A DNA stretch of 62,912 nucleotides, the filler included. It is 5 parts of 5 records of this genome, joined end to end, with 100 filler letters (N's around TTAATTAATTAA, not from the genome) between each part and the next. Parts side by side here need not be neighbours in the genome. Positions count along the whole stretch, not along the records: positions 21,785 to 44,376 come from SRR22947725_1898; positions 44,477 to 54,938 come from SRR22947725_1900; 3 more parts are not named here. The stretch is one strand, 5' to 3'. The notes beneath the pieces were generated by a model that searched no databases, was not told the DNA's origin, and saw nothing but the letters and a program-made list of their open reading frames with translations. Shown here one piece after another: positions 38,651-50,484 of this stretch. The translations under genes were made by a program, and so were the position numbers. Every line of letters starts with the position of its first letter. Within the stretch, counting starts at the first letter, position 1.

Positions 38651-40333
38651 TTATTTTATAAAGTCAAAATAATTTAATAGATAATCTTGATTGTAGTCGT
38701 TATCTGTAATTACCTCTAATAATCTAGGTTTATCCGATTGATTGTAAAAATCATTTAAAACATTCTTTAGTGTATCTTCATTATCGCTGCTGAAGTATTC
38801 AAAGCCATACATATTACATAAATCTTTGGCATATAAATCATGTTTGGTTTCAAAGAATTTTTTAAATAATTCTGTATTATTATCTTTTGTCAAAATTTTA
38901 AAAATACCACCACCTTTATTGTTAATTAGTATAACTCTGAAGCTTGTAGGAATAAAATTATTCCAAAGTGCATTACTATCATAGAAAAAACTAAGGTCAC
39001 CTGTAATAAATACAGTATTACCTTTAAAAACACTTGAAGCTCCTACGGCTGTGGATGTACTACCATCAATGCCACTTGTTCCACGATTACAGAATACATT
39101 AATTGAACTATCTATATCAAATAGTTGTGTATAACGAATAGCTGAACTATTAGAAACTTGCAACATGGAATTGGAGGGAATTGATTTTAAAACATAATCA
39201 AAAACCTTGAAATCACAATAAATAAGTTCAGACATGTATTTTTTATGTTTTTCTTTTCTTTTTGAAATAATTAAATCCCATTTATTGTTAAAATCAGAAC
39301 CATTATCCTTAAAGTTTTCATATAAATTAGAAATGAAGTCATCTGAACTTGTTTTAAAATGTTTTGTTAAGCAAAAAAATGTGTCATTTGCATCTTGAAT
39401 TCCGATATGCCAGTGTTCTTTAGGTTTATTATCTCTAAAGACTGCCTTAATTTTTTTTGAGATAATCATACCTCCAATAGTAATTAAAATTTCTGGTCTA
39501 AATTCTTTTAATTCCTTCTTAGTTAACGGAGCTATTAACTGATCAATTTTATTACAAAAAGAAGGATCATAAACGTTTGAAGTGTTTTCAGTTAAAACTA
39601 ATAAAGAAGAATCACTTGCTAATAAATCAATTGATTTTTCGCTTAACAAATCAGGTGAAGACACTCCAATAAGAATGATTTTTTTAATTGAATTTTGCCA
39701 TTTATTTCTAAATGAGCTTATGTTTTTGACATTTTGATTATTAAGTCTAGGAAGTTTATTATTTGTATTGACAGACAAACTATTTGTGACTTCATATAAA
39801 GGCTCTGAAAATGGTATATTAATATGTACTGGGCTTTGTTTCTCAATTGAAAAATTTAAAGCTTTATTTATTTTATCTTGATTATTATCTCTTAAGCCAA
39901 AAAGATTTAGATAATAATTATCGTTTTGATTCAAATTTTCAGAGTAACCTATGTTTTTATTAAAAACATTTTTTTGATTTATGGTTTGTCCATCACCAAT
40001 ATTCAAAAGTTTTTCAGGTCTATCAGCAGAAAGTATCACCAACGGAATATTGCTATAATAAGCCTCTGAAATTGCTGGATAATAATTAAGTAAAGCACTA
40101 CCAGAAGTACATACTAAAATTACTGGAAACTTAATTTGTTGAGCAATACCTAAGGCAAAAAAAGCAGCAGCCCTCTCATCAACTATACTGTATGTTTTAA
40201 AGTAAGGGTTAAGATTAAAACCCAAAGTCAAAGGTGCATTTCTGCTCCCAGGAGAAATAACTATGTTTTTAATATTCTTTTTAAAACATAAGTCCGTTAT
40301 AGATTGTGCAAGGATATTTTTTGAAAAATTCAT
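38651..40333 (-). CDS. menD: SEPHCHC synthase (ThDP-dependent)
   Basis: SPGSRNAPL, DERAAAF, CTSGSA, NRGTSGIDG, GDLSF..D..NNKGG. Confidence 0.96.
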   Translation of the reverse strand: MNFSKNILAQSITDLCFKKNIKNIVISPGSRNAPLTLGFNLNPYFKTYSIVDERAAAFFALGIAQQIKFPVILVCTSGSALLNYYPAISEAYYSNIPLVILSADRPEKLLNIGDGQTINQKNVFNKNIGYSENLNQNDNYYLNLFGLRDNNQDKINKALNFSIEKQSPVHINIPFSEPLYEVTNSLSVNTNNKLPRLNNQNVKNISSFRNKWQNSIKKIILIGVSSPDLLSEKSIDLLASDSSLLVLTENTSNVYDPSFCNKIDQLIAPLTKKELKEFRPEILITIGGMIISKKIKAVFRDNKPKEHWHIGIQDANDTFFCLTKHFKTSSDDFISNLYENFKDNGSDFNNKWDLIISKRKEKHKKYMSELIYCDFKVFDYVLKSIPSNSMLQVSNSSAIRYTQLFDIDSSINVFCNRGTSGIDGSTSTAVGASSVFKGNTVFITGDLSFFYDSNALWNNFIPTSFRVILINNKGGGIFKILTKDNNTELFKKFFETKHDLYAKDLCNMYGFEYFSSDNEDTLKNVLNDFYNQSDKPRLLEVITDNDYNQDYLLNYFDFIK

Positions 40334-40379
40334 TTAAATAAAATAGAGTGCAAAGATATGAATTAAGAAAGTTAGTTTT

Positions 40380-41441
40380 TTAATAAAAAACATTTTTCAT
40401 TATGTGAGACTTAGCTACGGTTTCCTCAAATTCATCTCCAGGCTTAGATTCTTTAGTTATACCACCACCAACATAAATTTTAATAGAATTATTTAATACT
40501 TCAGCACATCTTAAATTTACATATAGCTTAACTGATTTTTGAATAGGAGATATTACTCCTAGATAACCAGTATAATAAGACCTTTCATAGCATTCATTTT
40601 TATTTATAAATTCTTTGGAAGTATCTAAAGGAATACCACAAACAGCCGGTGTAGGATGGATTAATTTTATAATATCTTTATAATCACTGAAAGATTTTAA
40701 AGTACCACTAATCTTTGAACATAAATGAAATAAATCACCAGATTTTACATTAACTAATTCATCAGAAGATAGGTTATCTACAACATTATTTAAAGAATCT
40801 AAAATATAAGATTTCACATATTGTTGTTCTTTAATCTCCTTTTCAGACCAACTAACCAAACCATCAGAACCTTCTTTGGTTGTTCCAGCAAGAGCTACAG
40901 TCTGAATAAAATTATCTTCTATAGTCAAAAGTTTTTCAGGTGATGCACCAAGCCAAAAACCTACTTTTGGATGAAACCAGATATAAACAAAAGAGTTCTT
41001 ATAAAAAGAAAGTAGCTTTTGAAATACTATAGCTAGGTCAACAGATGTAATTGACATAGATTCTATCCTAGATAAAACAACTTTTTTTAAAATACCATCA
41101 TTTATAGCTAATAAAGATTTGTTAATAAGATTAATGTGAGAACTTTTATTTAATTTATTATCTGAACTCTTATTTTTGAGATTTGATTTAATAACTTCAT
41201 TTAAATTGACTGATTTATAAGATTTACATTGATCAAATGGCATATAAATCTTGTTAAATTTTTCTGAGTCAAAAGGAGCAAAAATAAATGCCCCGGTACT
41301 TAAATCACATTCTGTATGAAGTGTGTCATCAATTTGGAGTTTTGCAATTATATTATCGGAATAAGGCTCATTAAAAACTACAAAAGGCAGGCTATTATCC
41401 TTATGATTGGTAATAATTTTAAATAAATCAGATTGATTCAT
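40380..41441 (-). CDS. menF: isochorismate synthase
   Basis: KVVLSR, GASPE, ALAGT, HPTPAVCG, YVNLRC, GGGIT; men cluster. Confidence 0.88.
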   Translation of the reverse strand: MNQSDLFKIITNHKDNSLPFVVFNEPYSDNIIAKLQIDDTLHTECDLSTGAFIFAPFDSEKFNKIYMPFDQCKSYKSVNLNEVIKSNLKNKSSDNKLNKSSHINLINKSLLAINDGILKKVVLSRIESMSITSVDLAIVFQKLLSFYKNSFVYIWFHPKVGFWLGASPEKLLTIEDNFIQTVALAGTTKEGSDGLVSWSEKEIKEQQYVKSYILDSLNNVVDNLSSDELVNVKSGDLFHLCSKISGTLKSFSDYKDIIKLIHPTPAVCGIPLDTSKEFINKNECYERSYYTGYLGVISPIQKSVKLYVNLRCAEVLNNSIKIYVGGGITKESKPGDEFEETVAKSHIMKNVFY

Positions 41442-41445
41442 TAAT

Positions 41446-41871
41446 CTATTTAGATTTAGGTAAAGATATTGTAGTTAATTTACAATGAGAGATTAAATTA
41501 TTAGAATCATCAGTAATGTTAATTGAAATAAGTTGTGTAGTTCTACCTTTATGAATAAAAGTAGCTTTTGCATAAACATAACCTTCTTTAACACTCTTTA
41601 AATGATTTGCTGTAATTTCAATACCTCTTACCATAAAGTTGGAATCTTTAAATAACATGTGTGTAGCCATACTTCCTGCAGATTCAGCTAAAGCAGCTGT
41701 AGCACCACCATGAAGTACTCCGTCTGGTTGATAAACCTTGGAATTAACAGGCATTCTTAAAATCAAAAAGTCTTCGCCAAAATCAACTGGCTCAATATTA
41801 AGTGTCTCCATTAAAGTATTCTTACAAACTTTGCTGGCTTCTTTTAATATTATATCTTTATTTTCTAACAT
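41446..41871 (-). CDS. PaaI/hotdog thioesterase, probable DHNA-CoA thioesterase (MenI-like)
   Basis: QPDGVLHGGATAALAE motif; first gene of the men cluster. Confidence 0.85.
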   Translation of the reverse strand: MLENKDIILKEASKVCKNTLMETLNIEPVDFGEDFLILRMPVNSKVYQPDGVLHGGATAALAESAGSMATHMLFKDSNFMVRGIEITANHLKSVKEGYVYAKATFIHKGRTTQLISINITDDSNNLISHCKLTTISLPKSK

Positions 41872-41906
41872 TGTTTTTTTTTCAAAAATACAAAACCAAG
41901 TTTAAA

Positions 41907-42545
41907 ATGAATTCAACTGAAAAAGAAATTGTTTATAACATCTCTAATTCTTACACCACATTAAACTCTTTAACTAACAAAACAAAAAATATAATATTTG
42001 CTTGCCATGGAATGGGATATTTAAGCAGATATTTTTCAAAATACTTTAAAGGACTAAATAGTGATGATAATTATATAATCATACCACAAGCTCAAAGCAA
42101 ATATTATGTAGCTCCAAAAATGAAATATGTTGGTGCATCATGGTTAACAAAAGAAAATACAGCAAAAGAAATTGAAAATGTTATGAATTACTTTGATAGT
42201 GTTTTAAATAATGAAAAAGTTAAAAACTTAAACTTTATTTTTTTAGGATATTCACAAGGAGTGTCTGTAGCAATGAGATATTTGGCAAAAAGAAAAATTA
42301 AAGTATCTAAATTAATTCTAATGTCTGGTGGTATCCCTAAAGAATTAACAGCAAATGACTTTAAATATTTAGAAAATAAAGCTACAATTTACTATGTCTA
42401 TGGAGATAACGACAAATATATTCATGGGGATATCTTAAATTCAGAGAAAAATAAGATTGAACATCTGTTTTTAAATGTAAGTTACATTGAATTTAAAGGT
42501 AAACATGAAATTAAAACAGAGATAATTGAATCCATTATAAATTAA
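41907..42545 (+). CDS. alpha/beta-hydrolase (esterase)
   Basis: HGMG, GYSQG nucleophile elbow, GDND, C-terminal His; start placed at ATG 41907 to avoid overlap with the divergent gene. Confidence 0.8.
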   Translation: MNSTEKEIVYNISNSYTTLNSLTNKTKNIIFACHGMGYLSRYFSKYFKGLNSDDNYIIIPQAQSKYYVAPKMKYVGASWLTKENTAKEIENVMNYFDSVLNNEKVKNLNFIFLGYSQGVSVAMRYLAKRKIKVSKLILMSGGIPKELTANDFKYLENKATIYYVYGDNDKYIHGDILNSEKNKIEHLFLNVSYIEFKGKHEIKTEIIESIIN

Positions 42546-42576
42546 AAAAGGATGCATTTAAATTACATCCTTTTTT
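42544..42576. terminator. bidirectional intrinsic terminator between esterase and dnaK
   Basis: AAAAAAGGATG-N11-CATCCTTTTTT inverted repeat between convergent genes. Confidence 0.8.
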
Positions 42577-42599
42577 ATATTGTAAAAACTAATTAATTC

Positions 42600-44375
42600 T
42601 TAGTCTTCTTTAACTTCCTCAAAGTCAACATCTTCTACATCATCCGAACCAGCATCTTTATTTTGATCTGCATCATTTGGTGCTCCCTGTTGAGATTCTG
42701 CTTGAGCTTTGTACATTTCCTCACTAGCAGACTTCCAAACTTCATTGATTTTTTCCAATGCTGGGTCAATAACTTCGATTTCTTTAGTTTCGTAAGCTTT
42801 TTTCAACTCTTCCAAAGCGTCTTCAATAGGCTTCTTCTTATCATCAGATAATTTATCGCCAAATTCTTTTAACTGCTTTTCAGTTTGAAAAATCATGGCA
42901 TCAGCGCTATTTAATTTATCAACTTTTTCTTTAGTTTTAGCATCCGCTTCTGCATTAGACTCAGCTTCTTGCTTCATTTTTTGAATTTCTTCTTCAGTTA
43001 AACCTGATGAAGCTTCGATTCGAATATCTTGAGTTTTATTTGTTTTTTTATCTGTGGCAGAAACTTTAATTATACCATTTGCATCAATATCAAAAGTAAC
43101 TTCAATTTGAGGAGTTCCTCTTTGAGCTGGAGGTATTCCATCAAGATGAAATTTTCCAATCGTTTTGTTATCTACTGCCATAGGTCTTTCTCCTTGTAAA
43201 ACATGAATTTCTACAGAAGGCTGATTGTCAGCAGCAGTTGAAAATGTTTGTGATTTTTTTGTAGGAATAGTTGTGTTAGACTCAATTAATTTAGTCATAA
43301 CATTACCCATAGTTTCAATACCTAATGATAATGGAGTAACATCTAATAATAAAACATCTTTTACATCACCAGTTAAAACTCCACCTTGAATTGCAGCTCC
43401 AACAGCTACTACTTCATCTGGATTAACTCCTCTATTAGGCTTTTTTCCAAAAAACTTTTCAACAGCATCTTGAACGGCAGGAATTCTTGTTGAACCTCCA
43501 ACTAGTATTATTTCATCAATATCGCTAGTAGATAAATCTGCAGCTTTTAATGCTGATTTACATGGAGCTATTGTTCTTTTAATTAAATCGTCAATTAATT
43601 GCTCAAATTTAGCTTTTGTTAAAGTTCTAACTAAGTGTTTAGGACCGCTTGCTGTTGCAGTTATATATGGTAAATTGATTTCTGTCTGAGGAGATGCTGA
43701 AAGTTCAATTTTAGCTTTTTCAGCAGCTTCTTTTAATCTTTGTAAAGACATAGGATCTTTTCTTAAATCCATGTTTTCTTCAGACTTAAACTCTTCAGCT
43801 AACCAATTAATTATTTTTTCATCAACATCATCTCCACCTAAGTGTGTATCTCCATCAGTTGAAAGAACCTCAAACACACCATCACCTAATTCAAGTATAG
43901 AAACATCATGTGTTCCACCACCAAAATCAAATACAACAATTTTTTGATCTTTTCCTTTTTTATCCATACCATAAGCTAATGCAGCTGAGGTTGGCTCATT
44001 AATGATTCGGCTTACTTTTAAACCTGCAATTTCTCCTGCTTCTTTTGTTGCTTGACGCTGAGAATCATTAAAATATGCTGGTACAGTAATAACAGCTTCA
44101 CTCACAGAAGAACCTAAGTAGTCCTCTGCTGTTTTTTTCATTTTTTGTAGAATCATTGCAGATAATTCTTGTGGAGTATATAATCTACCATCAATATCTA
44201 CTCTTGGTGTATCATTATCTCCTTTAACAACCTTGTAAGGTACTCTTCCCGTTTCTTTAGAAGACTCAGAAAACTTGTTACCCATAAACCTCTTAACTGA
44301 ATAAACTGTTTTGGTAGGATTTGTTACAGCTTGTCTTTTTGCAGGGTCACCAACTTTAATTTCACCACCTTCAAC
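42600..44375 (-). CDS. dnaK: chaperone DnaK, 5' truncated
   Basis: Frame continues to the contig edge ([13 protein letters not shown]); [23 protein letters not shown]. Confidence 0.97.
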   Translation of the reverse strand, partial: VEGGEIKVGDPAKRQAVTNPTKTVYSVKRFMGNKFSESSKETGRVPYKVVKGDNDTPRVDIDGRLYTPQELSAMILQKMKKTAEDYLGSSVSEAVITVPAYFNDSQRQATKEAGEIAGLKVSRIINEPTSAALAYGMDKKGKDQKIVVFDFGGGTHDVSILELGDGVFEVLSTDGDTHLGGDDVDEKIINWLAEEFKSEENMDLRKDPMSLQRLKEAAEKAKIELSASPQTEINLPYITATASGPKHLVRTLTKAKFEQLIDDLIKRTIAPCKSALKAADLSTSDIDEIILVGGSTRIPAVQDAVEKFFGKKPNRGVNPDEVVAVGAAIQGGVLTGDVKDVLLLDVTPLSLGIETMGNVMTKLIESNTTIPTKKSQTFSTAADNQPSVEIHVLQGERPMAVDNKTIGKFHLDGIPPAQRGTPQIEVTFDIDANGIIKVSATDKKTNKTQDIRIEASSGLTEEEIQKMKQEAESNAEADAKTKEKVDKLNSADAMIFQTEKQLKEFGDKLSDDKKKPIEDALEELKKAYETKEIEVIDPALEKINEVWKSASEEMYKAQAESQQGAPNDADQNKDAGSDDVEDVDFEEVKED

Positions 44376-44376
44376 A

Positions 44377-44476
44377 NNNNNNNNNNNNNNNNNNNNNNNN
44401 NNNNNNNNNNNNNNNNNNNNTTAATTAATTAANNNNNNNNNNNNNNNNNNNNNNNNNNNNNNNNNNNNNNNNNNNN
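44377..44476. other. artificial contig linker
   Basis: 44 N + TTAATTAATTAA + 44 N. Confidence 0.99.
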
Positions 44477-45742
44477 AATCCAGCAAGTCTTGCAACTTAT
44501 GAAGCACATGGTGGCTACAAAGTTTGGCGCAAAATTCTTAATGGTGAAATGACACCAGATGAAATTATTGCAGAATTAAAAACCTCAGGACTCAGAGGGC
44601 GAGGTGGCGCTGGCTTCCCAACCGGTTTGAAGTGGAGCTTTATGCCTCGAAACCAAGAGGGTCAGAAATATGTCGTTTGTAACTCAGATGAGGGTGAGCC
44701 AGGCACTTGTCATGACCGAGATATTCTTAGATACAATCCTCACTCTGTGATTGAGGGTATGGCGATTGCTGGATTTGTAATGAATGCATCAGTTGGCTAC
44801 AACTATATTCGAGGTGAATTTATGGAGCCTTATTATCGCTTTGAAGAGGGCTTAAAAGATGCCTATGAGGCTGGCTTACTTGGAAAGAACCTTAAAGGCG
44901 GATCTGTGTCTTTTGATTTATATACTCATCTTGGGGCTGGCGCATACATTTGTGGAGAGGAGACAGCTTTACTTGAGTCCCTCGAGGGCAAAAAAGGGCA
45001 GCCAAGATTTAAACCTCCTTTTCCAGCCAACGTTGGACTTTATGGAAAACCAACTACCATTAACAATACTGAAACTTTTGCTTCAGTACCTGAAATCCTT
45101 TCAAGAGGTGGACAGTGGTTTGCTGACTTAGGTGTGGAAAATTCTGGAGGAACGAAATGTTTCTCCGTGACTGGCAATGTTAAAAAGCCAGCTAACTTTG
45201 AAGTACCAATGGGTACACCATTTTCTAAATTACTAGAATTGGCTGGTGGACTAAAAGAAGGTAGAAAACTTAAAGCGGTTATTCCAGGGGGCTCATCAAC
45301 ACCGATTTTAACAGCAGATACTGCTATGCAAATGACCATGGATTACGATAGCATCGCAAATGCTGGATCAATGCTTGGCGCGGGTTCAGTCATTGTTATG
45401 GACGACACAACATGCATGGTTAAAACTTTGACACGTTTAGCACACTTTTACTATGACGAGTCATGTGGTCAGTGCACCCCTTGCAGAGAAGGGACAGGCT
45501 GGCTATATAGAATGCTTCAAAGAATTCTTGACGGAAATGGCAAAAAAGAAGATCTTGATTTACTGTTGTCAGTTGGAGAAAAAATTATGGGAAATACAAT
45601 CTGTGCTCTTGGAGACGCAGCTGCAACTCCTGTTGAAAGCTTCATTAAACACTTTAGAGAAGAATTTGAGTACTATATTGAACATGGCAGAAGCATGGTT
45701 GAAGTGGAACATAATTTAATTGAGGAAGTGGCAAGTGTCTGA
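44477..45742 (+). CDS. nuoF: NADH-quinone oxidoreductase subunit F, 5' truncated
   Basis: [35 protein letters not shown]; frame open back to the contig edge. Confidence 0.96.
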   Translation, partial: NPASLATYEAHGGYKVWRKILNGEMTPDEIIAELKTSGLRGRGGAGFPTGLKWSFMPRNQEGQKYVVCNSDEGEPGTCHDRDILRYNPHSVIEGMAIAGFVMNASVGYNYIRGEFMEPYYRFEEGLKDAYEAGLLGKNLKGGSVSFDLYTHLGAGAYICGEETALLESLEGKKGQPRFKPPFPANVGLYGKPTTINNTETFASVPEILSRGGQWFADLGVENSGGTKCFSVTGNVKKPANFEVPMGTPFSKLLELAGGLKEGRKLKAVIPGGSSTPILTADTAMQMTMDYDSIANAGSMLGAGSVIVMDDTTCMVKTLTRLAHFYYDESCGQCTPCREGTGWLYRMLQRILDGNGKKEDLDLLLSVGEKIMGNTICALGDAAATPVESFIKHFREEFEYYIEHGRSMVEVEHNLIEEVASV

Positions 45743-47975
45743 AATTGAAATTGAAATTGATGGCCAGCTATTGAGCGCTAATCAAGGCGATTCCATTATT
45801 ACTATTGCGGATAGAGAAGGAATAGAAGTTCCTCGCTTTTGTTATCACAAAAAGTTGTCAGTTGCGGCAAATTGTAGGATGTGTCTAGTCGATATTGAGG
45901 GAATGCCCAAGGCTCAACCAGCTTGCTCAACTCCTGCTGCGAGTGGTATGAAAATTCATACAAAAAATGATAAAGCCAAGTTTGCTCAAAAAGCAGTCAT
46001 GGAGTTTTTATTGATTAACCACCCTTTAGATTGTCCTATCTGTGATCAGGGCGGAGAATGCGAACTTCAAGATGTTGCAATGGAATATGGCTCGGATGTT
46101 TCGAAATTTAATGAAGGAAAAAGAATCGTTCCAGATAAAGGCATTGGCGCTCTCATTCAAACAGATATGACAAGATGCATACACTGCACCCGCTGCGTAA
46201 GATTTGGTGCTGAAGTCGCTGGTATTGTGGAGATGGGTGGAACCGGCAGAGGCGAAGGTGTAAAAATTGAACCTTTTTTGACGGAAGGTATTCAGTCAGA
46301 GCTTTCAGGTAATATGATTGACGTTTGTCCAGTGGGCGCTCTCACTTCAAAGCCTTTCAGGTATGAAGCAAGAACTTGGCAAATGAACGCAGTTCAGAGT
46401 GTTGCTCGACATGATTTGGTTGGCTCTAATATCTTTACGCAATCATACAGAGGCAAAGTGAAGAGAGTCGTTGCTAGAGACAATGACTCGGTAAATGAAA
46501 CATGGATTTCTGATAGAGACCGCTTCTCATATGAGGGTTTAAATCATGAGAGTCGCTCACTTAAACCTAAAGTCAAAAAAAATGGTGAATGGCTGGAAGT
46601 TGACTGGCAAGAAGCACTTGCCTTTGCAATTGAAGGGATCAAAAATAATGCAGAGAGACCAGAGCAGTTAGGTGTCTTGGCCTCAAAAAATGCTTCGCTC
46701 GAAGAATACTATTTGATGCAAAAATTAGCTCGCAGCTTTGGAACAGAAAATATTGATTTTCGATTAGATCATGCTAATTTGAGTCCTGGAAGTTCGATGG
46801 ATTCAAGTATTACTCTATCTGAAATTGAGTCAGTAGATCATGCATTAATCTTGAGTTCATATACACGTTTAGAGCAGCCTATGATTAACCATCGTATTAG
46901 GAAGGCAGTTATTAATGGCGCAACGGTCAACACAATTAATAGCAAGAAATTTGATTTTAACTTTAAGACAAAAATAGACCTTTTGACTGCTCCGCAAGCA
47001 TTATTACCAGCTCTTCAGTCTATTCTTAAGTCTCTCTATCTAAAGACAAAGGCTGATTTGCCTGAACAGCTATCAAAGGTTAACTCCAGTGATGAGCATG
47101 ACAAGATTGCCAATGATTTAATTGCTTCTGAAAATGGAGTAATTGTTTTAGGAGAACATCTAAAGAGTAATCCTAGTAACTCAGTAATTATTAGTACTGT
47201 CTCTCAAATTGCACAAATTTCAAATTCAAAAATTGCTAATTTGACGCTTTCAGGTAATGCCCATTCTGCTGAAAAAGTTGGCTTTATTCCAACTAATCAG
47301 GGAATGAATGCCTCCTCTATGCTCACTGAGAGTTGCAAAGCATTCTTATTAATGGATGTAGACAGTCAGTATGACTTTTTTAATCCAAAGCTAGCAATGG
47401 ATTTATTTAACAAGGATGACGTCTTTGTTGTTTCACTAGCAAGTTTTGAAGATCAATCAACCCTTTTAAGTGCTGATGTTATTCTCCCTATGGCTTCTTT
47501 TTATGAAACATCTGGAACTCATATCAACTTTGATGGAATAGCTCAGTCATTTAGTGCCTCTGTTAAAAGTCCTGGAGACTCTAAGCCTGGATGGAAAATT
47601 ATCAAAGTAATGGCAGATTTGCTTGAGCTAGAAGGCTTCAGCTTTGTAGATTCATCACAGGTAGCAGAAGAAGCGCTATTATCCTCAAAGGTGCAGACCC
47701 AAATTAATGGCTCCTTTGCAGAGAGTTTTGAAGACTCAGATATTACAACGCTATGGCAGTATGCTCCTTACGCAATTGATAATGTGACTCGAAGAGCAAA
47801 AGCTCTTCAGGAGTCAAACATAGGAAAGATTAATAGTGCATATATTGCAAAGTCAACAGCAAAGAAATTAAGTCTTAGCCAAGATGATCTTTACCTAGGA
47901 GTGCCAGTCTCAATCTCAGATGATGTCGCAGAAGATTGTGTTTTTGTTCACACTAGTCAGGCCAGAAGGGTTTAG
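45735..47975 (+). CDS. nuoG: NADH-quinone oxidoreductase subunit G
   Basis: CYH...[31 protein letters not shown]; likely GTG start at 45735 after GAGG. Confidence 0.95.
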   Translation: MSEIEIEIDGQLLSANQGDSIITIADREGIEVPRFCYHKKLSVAANCRMCLVDIEGMPKAQPACSTPAASGMKIHTKNDKAKFAQKAVMEFLLINHPLDCPICDQGGECELQDVAMEYGSDVSKFNEGKRIVPDKGIGALIQTDMTRCIHCTRCVRFGAEVAGIVEMGGTGRGEGVKIEPFLTEGIQSELSGNMIDVCPVGALTSKPFRYEARTWQMNAVQSVARHDLVGSNIFTQSYRGKVKRVVARDNDSVNETWISDRDRFSYEGLNHESRSLKPKVKKNGEWLEVDWQEALAFAIEGIKNNAERPEQLGVLASKNASLEEYYLMQKLARSFGTENIDFRLDHANLSPGSSMDSSITLSEIESVDHALILSSYTRLEQPMINHRIRKAVINGATVNTINSKKFDFNFKTKIDLLTAPQALLPALQSILKSLYLKTKADLPEQLSKVNSSDEHDKIANDLIASENGVIVLGEHLKSNPSNSVIISTVSQIAQISNSKIANLTLSGNAHSAEKVGFIPTNQGMNASSMLTESCKAFLLMDVDSQYDFFNPKLAMDLFNKDDVFVVSLASFEDQSTLLSADVILPMASFYETSGTHINFDGIAQSFSASVKSPGDSKPGWKIIKVMADLLELEGFSFVDSSQVAEEALLSSKVQTQINGSFAESFEDSDITTLWQYAPYAIDNVTRRAKALQESNIGKINSAYIAKSTAKKLSLSQDDLYLGVPVSISDDVAEDCVFVHTSQARRV

Positions 47976-47987
47976 GGGGAATCGGTT

Positions 47988-49055
47988 ATGTGGCAATCAT
48001 TCGTCGAGCTTATTCACCACTTAATACCTTGGTTTAATGGCGGCTTAGCAGACGTAATAATTATTGTAATTAAAGGTTTAGCATTGATCTTTCCTTTAAT
48101 TATTGCGATGGCGTATATGACCTATGCAGAAAGAAAAGTGATTGGTTTTATGCAGCTAAGAATTGGGCCTAATCGTGTTGGCCCATTTGGCCTTCTGCAG
48201 CCATTTGCAGATGTCTTTAAGATGCTATTTAAAGAAATTATTTTTCCCTCAAAGTCAAACATTTACCTGTTTTTATTGGCACCTGTTTTAGCATTTGTGC
48301 CAGCAGTCGCAGTTTGGGCAGTAGTTCCTTTTGGTGAGGATTTTTATATTGCCAACCTAGATATAAGTCTGCTTTATGTGATGGCAATTGGATCAGTGGG
48401 TGTATACGGTATTGTTCTCGCAGGCTGGGCCTCTAATTCAAAATATCCTCTTTTAGGAGCGCTAAGAAGTACAGCGCTTCTTATCTCTTATGAGCTTGTT
48501 ATAGGTTTTGTTTTAGTAACGGTAGTCATGATTGCGAGTTCAGTCAACCTGAATACTGTGGTTGAAAGTCAATCTGGCGGTATATTGAATTGGTATTGGA
48601 TTCCATTATTTCCAATGATGATCGTATTCTGGATTGGTGCATTAGTTGAGACGAATAGAGCGCCTTTTGATGTTGTAGAGGGTGAGTCAGAAATTGTTGG
48701 AGGAACGCATGTAGAGTATTCTGGAATGCCTTTTGCATTATTTTTTATGGCCGAATACTTCAACATGATATTCATGGCTATGCTTGCGGTTTTGTTATTC
48801 TTTGGTGGTTGGCATTCCCCATTTGATGGCATTCCATATCTTGAGAGTTGGTTTGCATTTGTTCCGGATTTAATTTGGCTTTTGGCTAAGATGAGTTTCT
48901 TTTTATTCTTGTATTTTTGGATACGTGCCTCATTCCCTAGATTTAGGTATGACCAAATTATGCGATTATGTTGGAAGGTTTTCTTGCCATTGACAATTGT
49001 TTGGATATTTGTCGTGGCATTGATGACTCAATTAAATATTGGACCTTGGTTTTAA
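47988..49055 (+). CDS. nuoH: NADH-quinone oxidoreductase subunit H
   Basis: ERK...RIGPNRVG, ETNRAPFD..EGESE, PRFRYDQ. Confidence 0.96.
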   Translation: MWQSFVELIHHLIPWFNGGLADVIIIVIKGLALIFPLIIAMAYMTYAERKVIGFMQLRIGPNRVGPFGLLQPFADVFKMLFKEIIFPSKSNIYLFLLAPVLAFVPAVAVWAVVPFGEDFYIANLDISLLYVMAIGSVGVYGIVLAGWASNSKYPLLGALRSTALLISYELVIGFVLVTVVMIASSVNLNTVVESQSGGILNWYWIPLFPMMIVFWIGALVETNRAPFDVVEGESEIVGGTHVEYSGMPFALFFMAEYFNMIFMAMLAVLLFFGGWHSPFDGIPYLESWFAFVPDLIWLLAKMSFFLFLYFWIRASFPRFRYDQIMRLCWKVFLPLTIVWIFVVALMTQLNIGPWF

Positions 49056-49067
49056 GGAGAATGAGAA

Positions 49068-49559
49068 ATGATCAATAAAGTTAAAAAATTAGTGAATGAC
49101 TTTAGCCTTGGTGAGCTACGAACTGGTCTCAAGGTCACAAGTAAAGAGCTTGTTAATAAAAAAATCACTGTCCAATTCCCTGAGGAGCGAACACCGATTT
49201 CTCCTAGATTTAGGGGCCTTCATGCCTTGCGTCGTTATCCAAATGGTGAAGAGAGATGTATAGCATGCAAACTGTGTGAAGCAGTCTGCCCAGCAAATGC
49301 AATCACTATTGACTCAGAAATGAGAGAAGATGGAACGAGAAGAACAACCCAATATGATATTGATTTATTTAAGTGTATTTTTTGTGGTTTTTGTGAAGAA
49401 GCATGCCCAGTTGATGCAATTGTTGAGACGCATATCTTTGATTATGCATTCGAGTCAAGAGAGGGAAGTATTATTGATAAAAAAAGCCTATTAGCTATTG
49501 GCGATGAAAATGAAGAGGCCATTAATAAGGCTAGATTAGAAGACTCCAAATATAGGTAA
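49068..49559 (+). CDS. nuoI: NADH-quinone oxidoreductase subunit I
   Basis: Two CxxCxxCxxxCP motifs, RFRGLH. Confidence 0.96.
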   Translation: MINKVKKLVNDFSLGELRTGLKVTSKELVNKKITVQFPEERTPISPRFRGLHALRRYPNGEERCIACKLCEAVCPANAITIDSEMREDGTRRTTQYDIDLFKCIFCGFCEEACPVDAIVETHIFDYAFESREGSIIDKKSLLAIGDENEEAINKARLEDSKYR

Positions 49560-49567
49560 GGGCTGTT

Positions 49568-50182
49568 ATGGAATTTACATCAATCTTATTTTATGTGTTC
49601 TCGTTTTTCTTTGTCGTGAGCTCATTTGTGATGATTACCTCTAGAAATACTGCAAAAGCAGCACTCTGGCTCATCCTGACTTTTTTCAGTGCAGCAAGTC
49701 TCTGGCTACTTCTTGAAGCAGAGTTTTTGGCTATCACACTCATATTGATTTATGTGGGTGCTGTTATGGTTCTTTTCATGTTTGTAATCAAGATGCTGGA
49801 CACAGAGCAGTCAACACTTAGAGCTCAGTTTACGCGTTATCTTCCTCTGGGTATTTTTGTATCCATTGTAGTCATTGTTCAAATGGCCCTAGTTTTGAAC
49901 GCTGGTCCTTTCGATCTTGAGGTAGTAGGAATGCCAGAAAAACATGGTTCATCTTATAGCAATATTACTGCTATTGCTGAGCAGCTTTATACAATCTATG
50001 TCTATCCATTTGAACTCGCAGCGATACTTCTATTGATTGCAATTATTGCAGCAATAACCCTAGTTCACAGGAATCAGATTAATAGTAAGAAACAAATTAT
50101 TTCAGAGCAAATCAACGTTCAAGCAAAAGATAGGATGAAGTTTGCTACTATCAATAAAGATAAAGTTAAGGAGTCAAAATGA
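49568..50182 (+). CDS. nuoJ: NADH-quinone oxidoreductase subunit J
   Basis: AEFLA...[16 protein letters not shown]; operon order. Confidence 0.95.
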   Translation: MEFTSILFYVFSFFFVVSSFVMITSRNTAKAALWLILTFFSAASLWLLLEAEFLAITLILIYVGAVMVLFMFVIKMLDTEQSTLRAQFTRYLPLGIFVSIVVIVQMALVLNAGPFDLEVVGMPEKHGSSYSNITAIAEQLYTIYVYPFELAAILLLIAIIAAITLVHRNQINSKKQIISEQINVQAKDRMKFATINKDKVKESK

Positions 50183-50484
50183 TAGCACTTTCTGACTACC
50201 TGATTCTCAGCTCAATTGTTTTTTGTATTGGTCTTGCTGGAATATTTATCAATAGAACAAACATCATCATGATATTGATGTGTGTTGAGTTAATTTTGGC
50301 GGCAGTTAATACAAACTTTATTGCCTTTTCTTTTTATGGCTCAGATCTGTCTGGACAAATATTTGTATTCTTTATTTTGACAGTGGCTGCAGCAGAGGTT
50401 GCTATTGGCCTTGCGATTTTGACATTGATGTACAGAAATCGTGGCTCGATAGATATTGATGTCACTAATACTTTGAAGGGGTAG
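50179..50484 (+). CDS. nuoK: NADH-quinone oxidoreductase subunit K
   Basis: [17 protein letters not shown]. Confidence 0.95.
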   Translation: MIALSDYLILSSIVFCIGLAGIFINRTNIIMILMCVELILAAVNTNFIAFSFYGSDLSGQIFVFFILTVAAAEVAIGLAILTLMYRNRGSIDIDVTNTLKG

